A DNA stretch of 64,000 bases from Podarcis melisellensis. Lineage: Eukaryota. Shown here piece by piece: positions 28,282 through 41,322 of this stretch (its first letter is position 1; every line of letters begins with the position of its first letter). Under the pieces are notes generated by a model, which had not been told where the DNA came from, ran no database searches, and was given only the letters and a program-made list of their open reading frames with translations. The stretch lies in NCBI GenBank assembly GCA_964234715.1, contig OZ174282.1; one strand, 5' to 3'. Both the position numbers and the translations under genes were made by a program.

Positions 28282-28491
28282 CAGTGGCGTAGCGTGGGTT
28301 GTCAGCACCCGGGGCAAGGCAAGTAATTTGCACCCCCTAACCCGTGGATTTGCGCCCCCTAACTCATGGATTTGCGCCCCCTAACTCATGGATTTGCGCA
28401 CCCTAACTCATGGATTTGCGCACCCTAACCCTAACCCCCATAGGTTGCGCCCGGTGCGGCCCCCCCCCACACCCCCCACGCTACGCCACTG
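28282..28491 (+). mobile_element. hAT MITE with internal 22-bp CCCTAA-containing repeats
   Basis: TIRs cagtggcgtagcgtggg / cccacgctacgccactg; 8-bp TSD gataggaa/gatatgaa. Confidence 0.85.
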
Positions 28492-31400
28492 GATATGAAC
28501 TGGAGTCCATCTTGACACCAGAGAAGCCCAGCAGATGGATCAGGCTAAGGTGAGCCCTCTAGCCCAGCATCTTGTTTCCAACAATGACCAGTCAGACACC
28601 ACTGAGAGTCCCACAAGCAGGATCAGGATGTTGCCCACCCACAGCAGCTCAGATTTGGCCTCTGGACATGGAGGCTTAATTCAGTGCTCATGGGTATTTG
28701 CAGTTGCTAGACTTCTTCTCCTCCATGACTTCATTTTATGATCCTGTTTAAGCTGTCTGTCTGCAAAAAAAATGCAGTTACTTTTGGTACCTTCATTATT
28801 TTGAGCGTGGAACAATTACTCATTTGCTCTACCCAAAAGTAACAAAGGGAAGGGATTTACTTTCTCTCTGTCTTCTCTTACACAAACAAAACCCGCTAAT
28901 CTGGGCAATATAACTGTGTCCCATGATTTCAGAAGCTGATTTCAGAAAAAAGTTACAGTCTTTGTATCCCAGGGGTTCTCACCAAATGCAGCTGGAAAGC
29001 AACCTAGAAAGCAACTGAAGCCCATCCAAGGAGGAGACCTTTTCTGCGTTCTCTCCTCCACCTGGCTGCCACCTTCACCACCTTCCTCCTCTGCTTTCCA
29101 GCTGGAATTTCAACCAGAGGCTCTCCCGAGAGATTCTCATCCCCAGGTACCATTATCTTGGCTGAAGGCACCTTGTATCTCAAGGGTAGGCAAGAGCAGA
29201 GAGCATTGTGCCACTATGGCTTGATGGGAGGAACCTTTCACTTACTGTCTTCTTTATATTTCAAGTGGATGCCATGCCAAAGGCCTGCCTCCTCTCCGTG
29301 GCCTGAAGTTCCATGATGCCTTCATGGTGAGGGTGAGGCAAGCATGGGCTCAGGTGTGTGTGAGTTGGCCATTGGTATCTGGGTTCTGAGGGCTTTGGGG
29401 AAATGCTAACCTAGTGGCCAGCCAGTGCTGCCGCCTCCCCCCCCCACTGTGGCATTTTTCTAGCCAGATGGTGTCACTCAGGTGAAGCTGGTGAGGTTTG
29501 GCTCTGATACATTTCTCCCTTAGCTCTGAACCCTTCATTGAATGATTTTGATGAGGGAGGAAGAGGGGTTCTTTTGCATTTGGGTACTAGATTTTGGGTA
29601 CTAGCATTTTGTGGAGGCCTCCTCCATAGCACTTTGTGGTCACTGATTCAGCATCTTAAGAAATGCTCTTTGTATTTCTGCTCAGGGGCATTTTGTCCAT
29701 CTAGGTATCTCTTGGAGACTTGTGGGACCGAAGTACTTTAAGCAGCATTTCTAGAGGCAGAACTTCTGCTTTGCACAATGAGAAGGTCCAAGTGGAATGG
29801 TGGAGGCTGCTCCATTAGGGTGAATGGAGTGCAACCCTACCAACCTCACTCTGCCCTCAGCCAGCCCCACCTGGACTTGTGGGTGGGTGGTGAATATGGG
29901 GCTTTAACCGTTTTGTCCCCTGTATAGACTTGATTAAGATGGTGTATTTGCATACACACATGCTTAAGCCAGCAGTCTGCATGCCTGTGTTTGGGTAGGG
30001 GAACTTCCAAGGCCCAAATCCAAATTGGAACCATAGCAGGGAGCAGACAGATAAAGTTGCTCTACCCTGACACCATGGTCATGTTTTGGATTGTGGCCCC
30101 CAGCCTGGCAACGTGTAGAAAAAAAAAACTCCTTCATTTAAGAGCACAGATTCTGTGATAAAATAATTACTGGTATCCTGTTGGAACACCATCACCATCA
30201 CCTGTTGGAACACCATCACTGCTAGCTGGCAGTGGTGTACTGATTACCATCTAGGTTGCAAAATGTACTCTGACTACTATAAAATTAAGAGCCAGGGAAA
30301 AAAGGAGGGGGCTGTGTGTGAATGGGATGTGCTTTTGCTCTATTATGTTTGAAGTGTATAGGCACAAGTTTATATGGAGGGTCCATGTCCCCTTTGTTTC
30401 TAAGAGAAGTTGTACTTAAGCATAAGGGTTTTTTTTAATGCAATACTGTATGTTAAGAAACCTGCGTTTTCACATGTATTCTATATTACCATTTTTGTAT
30501 TGAATTGTGGTGGCCTATGGCTTTGAACAAGAAAGTGATACTTTAGTCGGACCCTCAGGGCAGCCTGGAGCCAAAGTTATGAATCACATGCTCTGGACAA
30601 ACAAAGCTGTGTTGTCCCTCCCTCTGGGCCTTGCTAGGGATTGCTGCTGGGATTTTCCATGAAACTGTAAGAGGGAAGGTGGAAACCGGTAAAACCAAAG
30701 CACAGTGTATTTTGCAGTTATCTGGATCCAAAAAGACAAAGCCAGAAGGAACTTGTGTTCTGCATAGATGGCATCCTTGCATCTGATTTTAGGCAGTGGG
30801 AGGAGGCTGGGCAGTAGTGCCACGTGGCAAGGATGTTAGGACATATTTGTAGCAATGTCATTGTGGGAAGCTCCCTGCAAGATTTGCTGTTCCAAACTTG
30901 AATGATACTGAACCATAAAAACAAACATGATTTGTGAAACTCCTCCTCAGACTGAACTCTCTGGGAAGCGTTGTCTGCCCTTGGTCTCCATTCTCAGCTG
31001 GTGCCCCCCACACTCATTCCTCCAGGCTGCCACTTAACAGACACATTCCCATTTCCTATCATTGCATCTTCCATAACTCTTTATGAAATAAAATATTCTC
31101 TTGCATTCAAATAAGCCCCTTCCCATCTCTGCCAAGGTTGTCACAAAATGTCATTAGTGCATTGTGCATGGGAATGGGGGTGTCTAGTATTTTATCTGAA
31201 ACTGCTCGACTTCAGTGTTTGATTACACAACCTCTGGAGATACTTTTGTTCATTCTGTGGGTTCTTAAGATACAGTACATTAGTTCTCGCTGGTTGTAAC
31301 AAGCAGCATTTTCAGCCACTGTGAATGGGATGTTTTGCTTTAACATTACTTCCTGTAGGCTGAGCAAAATCATTAAAACATCAGCAAACATGTTTATAGC

Positions 31401-32312
31401 AGAATGCTCTCCTAATTAGTCATGGTTCCTTTCACTTCAGTGTCCTTTCATGTGAATTTGGCGACTCTTTCAGTAGCAAGCAGGTGAAGGGAGGGCAGCA
31501 GTCAGCCTGTTTAAAGGGCATCTTCTTAGATTTCCATGACCTGCCCTAGTGTGAGGTGGGGTCAGTAAGGTGCATGTCCATGAAAGGGGCAGTAAGCCTG
31601 CCAATCTTACCATGGAACTGGGGTGGAGAGAGAGAGACTTAATTTATCTCTACAGACACTATAAACCTAATGGGGGAACAAGAGCTCTTGGGAGTGTTTA
31701 TGCTTAGAGTCCTTCTGCCTTATGCTCTGCCTGCACATACATACAAATAAACAAATTGTGTATCCCAAAGACACCACAAGCCTTCACACAGCAGCCTTCA
31801 TTCCAAAGAAACCAAACCCATGGTATGTGTTGGGACCCCTGAAACTTTACCGCTTGGAGATTGGGTTGCATATAACAACACTTCCTAGAATCTGCAGAAC
31901 TTTCTGAAATTCCACAAGTTTTGATTTTGAGGTAGGCAATTGGCACAATGTTGTTGTAACAACATCAGCTTCCTTTGAGTCCATCAGCTTCTATCATATT
32001 TTCCCATCTTTTTAATGTATTCATTTATTGGTATTGGTATTGGTATTATAAGGTTGCAGGGCAAGTAAGGAAGGCACAAAAATAATGGTTGGTATTTGAT
32101 GCTAGTTCCACTCTGAGCAGACCCACTGAAGCTAATGGTCATAACTAACTTAAATTCATTCAAGGTGATGGAAGGTCATGTGAGGAAGACCTGCTTGGTG
32201 GTGGCTATCAAGTTCAGGAACACACTTCCTGGGAATTCAGCTACCACCAACATCACCCCAACTTCTTTCATCTGCTTTGCATGTAGAATGTCCCAGGTTC
32301 AATTCCTTATAG

Positions 32313-32448
32313 CAGGCTTCCTCAACCTTGGCCCTCCAGATGTTCTGAGAATATAATTCGCATCATCTCTGACCACTGGTCCTGCTAGCTAGGGATCATG
32401 GGAGTTGTAGGCCAAAAACATCTGGAGGGCCGAGATTGAGGAAGCCTG
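32313..32448. mobile_element. hAT MITE inserted in a Squam3-like SINE
   Basis: TIRs caggcttcctcaa / ttgaggaagcctg; 8-bp TSD ccttatag/ccttacag. Confidence 0.85.
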
Positions 32449-32460
32449 CCTTACAGCATC

Positions 32461-33086
32461 GACTCAGGAGAGTATACATGCAGAACTGCAAAAAATGCTA
32501 AATATCTCTTTCAATAAAAAACCAGAGGCCTACCTCCTGGGAATAACAGATTTGGATATTCCACAAAAGAGGAAGGGTATCTTTTTATATGCGACGACGG
32601 CAGCAAGAGTTTTGATCGCAGCAAAATGGAAGAGTAATGAAATCCCCTCTATACAAGATTGGATCCAAAAGCTGACAGAATATGCCGAATTAGATGGTTT
32701 ATCAGAAAAAATAAAGAATAAATCAAAACAGGAATTTGTTTCAAAATGGGAGGTTTTCAAAGAAAATCTGAAAAATAAATATAGTAGTTTAAATTCTGTT
32801 GCAGCATTCGAGGAACTTCAGTAATAGTTGCAAGGTAGATATAAGAAATTAGATTTATTGAGAATGTTTAATTATGATAAAGGTGTGTATTGGCAATAAG
32901 TAATATGAATTTGAAATATGGAATACACGGGAAGTTGTGTCTTTAGTGTTAAGACCAATAGATGTTTTATTGTTTGCTAAGAAAATTATGTGTCTATGGT
33001 TATTTTTGTAATTTGTGTGTAATTTGATATTTGTGTTTTTTTTCTTTTTTCTTGTTGTATAAATAAAAAACTTTATTAAAAAAAAG
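32461..33086 (+). mobile_element. 5'-truncated L1/Tx1-clade LINE (ORF2 C-terminus plus 3' UTR)
   Basis: Open frame ...FLYATTAARVLIAAKWKSNEIPSIQDW..., AT-rich UTR, AATAAA with an A-rich tail, and a perfect 21-bp TSD ggaagcctgccttacagcatc (32440-32460, 33087-33107). Confidence 0.9.
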
Positions 33087-36000
33087 GGAAGCCTGCCTTA
33101 CAGCATCACCAGGTAGGAGTAGGAGAGAACCTCCCTTCCTGAAACTTGGTGAGCCGTTGCTGCCAGTAGCTGCAGGCAGTATTGAGCTAGGTAGACCAAT
33201 GGTCTGACTCTCAGGCAGCTTCCCATGTTCCAATGACGAGTGATAATATTTCTCTTTCATTGGGTACTTGCTTAGAACACCTGTTTCGTTTTGTTCTCCT
33301 TTCTGTGATTTTTGCTGGTGTTTATACTGCTAGCATTAGGTATTCCTTTTTGTGTGTGTATTTGTTTGCTCCCCCAGACTTACCATTTTTGGTGCTGAAA
33401 TAGCAGCGGATGCTTCTTCTAATACCCAAATGTTTGACTGCAGTCCTGTAAGATGGTTGCTGGTGCTTGGGAAGGGGAGCAGGTACAAAAGACAAGGCTT
33501 TCAGCTGCAGCAATACAGAAGGATCCCAGTTGCTGGTTCTTTCAAATCATGGCACTTTGCTTTTTCTAGCAGCCCCTTGAACTGCCTGAATGTTCCTTTG
33601 CAGTTTGGCATCCAGTGGAATGCAGCGTCATGAGCCAATAACTCTTTCTGTGCTGTTGTGATTGCTGTTGTCATGTCTGTAATAAACTTTGCTAGATCCT
33701 GGCCATTCCTAGAAATCTTTGTACATCAACCTTATTCTTTGGACCAGGCATTCCAATGCTGGCTTTGATTTCAGTTGCATCAGGTATTAGGCCATCTTTG
33801 GTTAACCTATGTCCTCAGGATTTAATTTCTGACATGACAAATCTGCACTTTTCATTCTGTTTCAGGTTCCTCTCCCAATCCCTGTCTGGAATTGGCTTCA
33901 GGCATTCTTACTGATGTTTACCTACTATGATGTTGTCAGTTCAACATATGACGCCATCATACAGGGGGCCATCATACAGGGGGCCTCTTCAGTCATTACC
34001 ATTAAGTGGCTCTTGAAAACATCTCTTGTTTTGTTTGGCCTTTTATTGACTTTCTATGTGAGTTAGTAATGTAGTTGCTGCTGCTTTACTGTATTTAGTG
34101 GTGACTGGTTTAAACGAAATGCTCCTTTTAAAATATTTTATTGTTTGCTAGCTTTTGTAATGTTAATGTGTAAATGTATTAAAGTAAATAAAATGGCAAC
34201 TGGATCAGCCTTTGGTACCTATATGGAGCTGAAGCGATACCAAATGGTAATTAAGAGAAAATTAATCGCTAATGATCCAAATGTCCTAAATGGGAAGCAT
34301 GTGAGGCAGATCCTGCAAGAAGGAAGTTTCTGATTAGTAGCCTTGAAGAGCTGCAATGACACTTGGCTGTTCTGCAATCAACAGCATGAGCCTGTGAGTT
34401 TCTGAGGAAAGTACACATCCCTCAATCTGAAATCTCTGTTGTGACATGGGAAATTTGTGTTTTCAAAATTATACACACAGTGTGCCTAATTCAAGGAATG
34501 TGTTTAGCTGCACCCAAGCAACCGGCTGTGCGGTTTTATCCCTGACTATGTGGAATACAATTGTTTTTGCTATACTATGTGGAGCCGGAGGAGTGGCTGG
34601 GAACCTGAGGTGGTTGGTGCCTGCCCTGTTCCTGGCAATTGCGTAAGAATGACACCTGAAAAAGTGGGTGACATATGTGAAAAGACGCCCCTTGAAGTCA
34701 TCCGAGAGCCTTCCTGTTGTTTGCTTGGCACCTGGCTGCTCCAAGGCCATGGAGGTGAAGAGGGCAGAGGCCGCTACACAACAGGCCATGCAAGAGGATG
34801 AGAATGTGAAGTCACTAACCAAACATTGGTGATGAAATTAGCCAATATTGACTTGGCTTCAAAGGAGGGGGAGGGCGGGAGGGGGGGTGAAAGCTCTCCA
34901 CAAATGGGAGAAAGTGGTTCCTGCTGCCTTCCTTTCCCCTCCCTTCCCATTGCACAACGGCTTGCTGTGGAGAGTCTCATAACACAAGTCATGGTAACCT
35001 TCCCCACCCATCAAGGCATGGAGTTCATTGTCCTCCATGGGGGGCCCTGTGCAGATCTTTGGTGCTGGATAGAAATAAGGTCTCTTACTGGTGCAGCTTG
35101 ACGGCAGATAGAGGAGGGAGTTAAATCCAGCTAAAAGAGAGTGAAACCCAAGCACTGCAAAGGGGAGAGAGGAATGGGGGACCACCACCCCGCGCCCTAG
35201 TCTATGAAGTGGCATCTCTTGATAAACAAAAGGCTGGAGAGGCTGCTGTTGGATCTGCGAGCAGGAACCTCCCTAGAGCCAGTCCTCATGTTTGGGGAGG
35301 AAGGAGGCAATGGAGGCAAACCCCCAGAAAGTGAACGAAACAGCCAGAGGATGCTGTGGTGGCTGAAAGCCTGATGGGGAGGGGGGAATTCCCCAAGGTA
35401 GGCCTTGCAAAGAGCCTCTTAGACTGCAGCCCATTTGCCCCTTCAAGAGCAGAGAGGCAGCACGAGCCACACCCACTTGCCCAACTTCTGCTTCCTGCAG
35501 CAGCATCACCAGGGCCCCTGCCAAGCTGTAGGTGCCTTCCTGGTAGGCAGAAGGGGAAGGGGAGAGTTTGTGGATGCTGCCGGCTGTGCTGTGCGTAAAA
35601 AAAACCTCCAAGGATGGAGGAGACTGGATGGAGGATGGAGCCTGGGTAGGAAGGTGCCAGAGAGTCTGCTGCTGGCTTTGCACTTCTGGGGCCGAAGGAA
35701 AGGGGAGCATCTGGGATGGGTTACTGGAAGAGCTGCTGATGCATTCTGTGTGCATTGCGGGGAATCTTTCTCCCACGGTGCTAAATAGACCCCTCACCAT
35801 TCTCTGTGCTCTGTCTAGGGATTCCTCCCCACAAAAGAGGTTTCAGGTGGTGTTGCCCCCATAGCATGCCTGTCGCCCAGCCTTTCTGAGGGGAGCACTT
35901 TCTGGAGGCTTCTTGGGCAGCACCTGTGAGGTCCCAAATGTTTAGCAGTCCTCCCTCCCGCCTGCAGACTGCCAGCCTTACGTAACTCAGGCTATCAGTT

Positions 36001-37140
36001 GATGCAAAGTTGAACCAAAGGGCTCCTGTCGACTGAACCTTGCAAGGTGACATGCAGAGTCATTGCTTGCATCAACTGGGAGGGAGGGAGGGAGGGTGCC
36101 TTGCCAGGCACATTATGGTGGGGGAGAAATGTCTCAAGGCCAGCCTCGCTCTGCTGCAGCTACAGCCTGCAGAACTGGGCAGATCTTGGCACCAGCAACG
36201 CTTCAGGGCAGGCAATGGGGAAAGGAGTCACAGAGCCTGATGCTTGAGGGTGAGCCTGATGGGGCCCAAGAATTGGCCTTGAGGGACAGATGTTGACCTG
36301 GCACTGCCAGTCATCCTGTTCTCTGTCCTCAATGTTGTTCTGGCTGTGGAAGAGACCTTGTGCCACTTGCAAAGCTGGGAGGGGGGCTCCTTGGCACAGA
36401 AACACTATTGGTGCCAGCTAGAGAAGGCAAAGCCTGTAATTAAGGGTGCCTTGCAATGCCAGCAACTATACCTTGACCAGCTATACTGACTGGTGGGCAT
36501 TGTTTGCTTATGGGTGTTTTCTGAGCCAGGCTGTTCAGAAGCTACCAATTTCTTTCTGTCCCTCTAGGCCCGAGGTAGATACACATCCATTAGCTGCTTA
36601 AGCTAGCTCTCCACCACTTCTCCAGCAATGAGATCTGCCTCTTTGCTGGAGATTAATGGGGTCCTCGCCAGGCAGGTACCCTTTGATCTTCAGCTGCTGG
36701 GGGTGTGGTGGGGCTGGCTGCCTGTGGTTGGAGGAGGGCGGTAGGACTGTTGTTGCTATCGGGACACCTCCTCTTCGCTTGCTTGCGTGCGTAGATGTGG
36801 GTGGGGGGGAACATTTGGGACTCATTAGTGCTTTGCAACGTGGAGCTGGAGATGATGGGATGAATGCAGCTGATTGCATCAGGCCAAGACTGCCAGGCTA
36901 AGCCTTGGACCACTGAGGCACTGAGGAAATTAACACACCCCTCTCCACTGTGGGCACCCAGCCTCTGCAGGCCCAATATTCTCCAGCAATGAGGGTTGCA
37001 ATCTGGCTGCCCCTGGTACTGGAGGGGTGGCATACTCACCTGACCTGCCAAGGCCAGACTGGGAGGGCCCCTACCCCAATTTTGTGCTCGCACTTCACAA
37101 ACGGGATCAGTGAGCTGTGGGGGTGTGGATGGCAGTCGAA

Positions 37141-37475
37141 GGGTTAACATTCAGGCAGTGTTTGCTCCAGATGTTTGGAGCTAGACTATTCCTGAGTTGG
37201 TGTGTCTGTGTGTCCTGATGGGAGGGGGGGAGTGCAGCCCTCCCTATCAGCCAATCATTAAAGGACTCCAAGCTGACACCCAGTTCTTGGCTGGGAATCT
37301 GCAATGGGGCCCTGTTGTGCTCCTGCCCGCCTATCCCACATAAAAGGGCCCAGGGAAGGCTCTGATCTCCCCATTCAGCAGCTCCAGAGCAGGCAGAGCG
37401 GCCTGCCAGGTTCATCAGAGGTGCCTCGTTCGCCCACCTTTGCCACCACATAAAGCTGCAGCTGCTGCCACATAG
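37141..37475 (+). promoter_or_regulatory. TAT: Probable TAT promoter and non-coding exon 1
   Basis: HNF1-like ggttaacattca near 37142, FOXA-like tgtttgct at 37159-37166, CCAAT at 37251-37255, TATA-like CATAAAA at 37339-37345, Inr-like ccattca about 30 nt later, and a strong donor TAG|gtaaga after 37475. The ATG exon begins at an acceptor (39501), so an upstream exon is required. Confidence 0.65.
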
Positions 37476-38444
37476 GTAAGAGGCTCCTTGAGGTGCCACC
37501 TGTAAGCCTGACGGGGTCTGAGCTGGTGTCCCCGGTCCCCGGGATGGAACAAGCACCGCATGAAAGGCTGCAACAAAGTGGCTGAGGCAGAACTCGGGTG
37601 CTTTTCCTGGGACACCCCTGACCCAGCATGTACACCCTCCGGAGACCAGGAGTGACCTCAGCAGACACAACAGAGAACCTGGAGGTGGACAATTGCAAAA
37701 GGGCTGGCTTGGCCTCTTGGGCCAGCAGAGGCTCTGGAACAAGAAACCGAGGAATTCTGGTGTCGGCGGAGAGTGGTTTTGACGTCTGTGTAGCTTGTTC
37801 CAAGAGGAGCCAGGACTTGAGGTGGCTCGGGGTGGGGGGTGCAGGCTGGCTTTATCTTGGGAGCCAGGTGGCACCACACCTGCAATCAAATTTACTGCCA
37901 TTATGATTATTGTTTCATTCTGGGAGTACAGAGAGGAAATGACTTTTCAGCCAGTGTGAAGAGGTTCTTTGGCCTTTTGCGGCTGGCACCGGAGACTTCT
38001 TAGTTGTGCCCCAGGCTCTCGTGTGCCCTTCTTGCCCAGGGAGCCACCAGCTGCCTCTCACTCACCTTGCTGCTTCCTTTGCCACATCCCACCAGCTTTG
38101 CCTTCTCAGCTCTCTCCAGCTGTGCCAGATTCTTTGGAGCAAGACAGGGGGACGGAGGGAGGGAAGGGGGCAATGCAAGTCATATTTCTCGCAAGGCAAG
38201 AGCAGGGCCCCTTCCCATCTTTCTCTCCTGGTCCAATGTTTGTTGGGTTTCCCCTCAGTGTTTTACAAGGACAGTGGCTGGCTCAGCCCTTGGATCTTGC
38301 CCATAAGATCCCTTGGTGGTTATTCTCAGGTTCCGGTGACACTGTTTGGGCTTCTCAAATTGCATTTGAAATTCCTGACAAATTATTCCCCTTTGTTCTT
38401 AAATCTGTTTCTAAAATTAATCAGTTTGACTTAAAAAATAAATA

Positions 38445-38686
38445 CAGTTGTACCTTGGGTTACATACGCTTCAGGTTACATACGCTTCAGGTTACAGACT
38501 CCGCTCACGTAGAAATAGTGCTTCAGGTTAAGAACTTTGCTTCAGGATGAGAACAGAAATCGTGCTCCAGTGGTGCGGTGGCAGCGGGAGGCCCCATTAG
38601 CTATAGTGGTGCTTCAGGTTAAGATCAGTTTCAGGTTAAGTACGGACCTCTGGAACGAATTAAGTACTTAACCCGAGGTACCACTG
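38445..38686. mobile_element. Tc1/mariner-type MITE in TAT intron 1
   Basis: TIRs cagttgtaccttgggtta / taacccgaggtaccactg, TA flanks, internal cttcaggtta repeats. Confidence 0.85.
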
Positions 38687-39260
38687 TAAATCATGGCTTA
38701 AAGACAAGCAGCCTAAAACACTTTACAAGATTTTTCATAGTAGACCAAAATTCATTTATACACCCCTTTTTTGAGTTCCAACACTGCTTCAACAATACTC
38801 TCCCACTCATCTTAACAGCAACCCTGAAAGGTAGGTTGGGAGAGAATGGCTTCCCTGAGGTCACCCAGTGAGTTTATACTGGAGATGAACTCCAAAGTGA
38901 AGAATGGGGGTGTCCTCCCACCTCCAGCACTTAGGCACAACTAGACAAGTATGTTTTGAAAGAGAACTCAGTCAAAGCCTGCCCAACACACACACACACA
39001 GTGGTGTCTTGTCATTCACATGCCAAGTACATGCTGTCCCTACCACTGTGGGAAGGAGGGCATAGAGGGAAAACACATTTTCCTCATCCAAGTTGGCCTC
39101 TGGCCCAACTGCAGTTCTTGCCCCACTCCCCGCACATCTCCACCCCCTTTTACCGACTTCCCTGCTGTGAGGCTTGATCAGGGTCCTGCTAGGGGGGTGT
39201 GGCAGCTGACTTGGCTCCTCCTGAACTAAGAGCTGCCTGCTCAGGACTGGTGCTTCCACC

Positions 39261-39391
39261 CATGGACGTAGCTTGGATTTTTGTTGGGGAGGGGCAGAAT
39301 CGACATGATTGGTCAGTTCAGAATTTCTATTGTTTTACTTGACCTGGGGGGGGGCAGCTCCCCCCACCGCCGCCCCTTAGCTATGCCCATG
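39261..39391. mobile_element. Short hAT-like MITE
   Basis: catggacgtagct / agctatgcccatg termini; near-TSD cttccacc/tctccacc. Confidence 0.55.
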
Positions 39392-39502
39392 TCTCCACCC
39401 AACTCTGCCATGGCAGTGGCCTTGAGCAGATAGCAGCCTTGAAGAGAGGATTGTGTAATCAGGGATGCGGGCCCACCTGCTCTTTGCACTTCCTTTCCAG
39501 AG

Positions 39503-41289
39503 ATGGAATCCTACCTGATCCATGTGAATGGCAAGACGTCCCCGCCCTCCATCCTCGATGTCCACGTCAGCCTCAATGGCGGGAAGGGCCCTTCTCCGGG
39601 CAAGGGGAAAAACCGCAAGGCCCACTGGGCCGTCAGGGCTTCCGAAATGTCCAAGAGGACCTTCAACCCCATCCGAGCCATTGTGGACAGCATGAAGGTG
39701 GAGCCCAACCACCAGAAGCCCCTGATCTCTCTGTCCATAGGTAAGCAGGTGGGCTATGGAGGGACCATGAGGTGGGGGCTCCTGCCAATGCCCCACCCTC
39801 AAGTGACATGGATTCCCCTCATGTTTCCCCACAGGGGACCCAACTGTGTTTGGGAACCTCCCAACAGATGATGAGGTCATCCAAGCGATGAAGGAGTCCC
39901 TGGATTCTGGGCAGTATAATGGCTATGCCCCCTCAGTAGGTAAGTCCTGGGAGACGCTTTCAATGTATGCAGCCCCTATTTTGCTTTTGCTGCAAAAGTC
40001 TAACATGCCAACTCTTCTGGGATTCCTCTACACAGGTTACTTGTCTTGCCGGGAGGTGGTCGCAGGCTACTACACCTGCCCAGAAGCCCCCTTGGAAGCC
40101 CAGGTAACTGACTGCTGCATGCATTGCCATCTGACCTTGATGCTTGATGGGGATGTTGCGAAAATTAGCTTTTGCAAACCCTGGCCAGCACCTCTGCAAC
40201 TCACTGTACTGGAACTGGAGCTTGCCCAGAAAGGATCCTGGGCCTGGAATTTTTATTAGGAGCCCAGGAAGCTGCTTTATACTGAGTCAGACAACTGGTC
40301 CACCTAGCTTGGTATTGTCCACACTGACAGGCAACATCGTCTCTCCAGGGCTTCAGGCAGGGAGTCTCTCCCAGCCTAAGTTGATGCCACTGGGGATTCA
40401 ACCTGGGACCTTCTGTATGCTAGCAGGGACCCCCCTTCATTCCAGGCTCCTGGCCAGGAACCTTTCCCTCCCCTTCTGTGCTGCTTCTGGGCTAGTCTTT
40501 CCTGGTGGTTGCTACCCGCCAGGCTCACGGCTGCCTGCTCTGTTTCCTCTTCCTTTGCAGGACGTGATCCTGACAAGCGGCTGCAGTCAGGCCATTGAGC
40601 TGGCCCTGGCTGTGTTGGCCAACCCTGGGCAGAACATCCTGGTGCCACGGCCTGGTTTCTCTCTCTACAAAACCCTGGCTCAGTCCCTGGGCATCGAGGT
40701 CAAATTCTACAACCTCTTGGTAAGCTGGGGCAGGAGGTGGTGCAGCATACCCTCCCCACTGCCTGCAGAGAGGCATGGCACAAGGAGGAAGACAAGCAGG
40801 AGCTCCCTTGCAGGGCTCTGCCTGCCTCTCCACAGAGCTCAGCTATAAGAAGGGCTGCCTGTGGACCCGGGTTCAAGGCCTGGGGACCTGTTCTCCATCT
40901 CCCCTTCTTTGGACTGGGCCCAAACCCAGGCTGGGAGGAGTTGCAGGGCTCTTGGAAGAGAAAAGGGAGGTCAGTATCCTGACCAGTTGACAGTTGCTCC
41001 AGCCGCCATCCCTTTTCACCTGCCCAGGACCTCTGGCCCACCCTGACCCCAGCAGGAAGCCTGGTTCATGGGCACCAGGCTGAGGTCCTGAAGTGGGGGC
41101 ATTCCTCACCTCTTCCTCCCTTTTCTTCTCCCTGCAGCCAGAGAAATCGTGGGAAATTGACCTGAAGCAAATGGAGTCACTGGTGGATGACAAGACAGCT
41201 TGCTTGATTGTGAACAACCCATCTAACCCCTGTGGCTCTGTTTTCAGCAAAAGCCACCTCCAGAAGATCCTGGCAGGTGAGGATCCCCC

Positions 41290-41322
<33 letters not shown>

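Noticed and set aside
28336-28440. Regular short repeats (also 49086-49250) as a CRISPR-like array or a telomere
   Set aside because: No unique spacers, eukaryotic context, and both arrays lie inside elements bounded by TIRs or LTR termini with TSDs.
37107-38550. Long ORFs 37107-37901 (-, 264 aa) and 37969-38550 (+, 193 aa)
   Set aside because: They overlap the TAT promoter, intron 1 and a MITE, show no recognisable domain, and are consistent with GC-rich chance ORFs.
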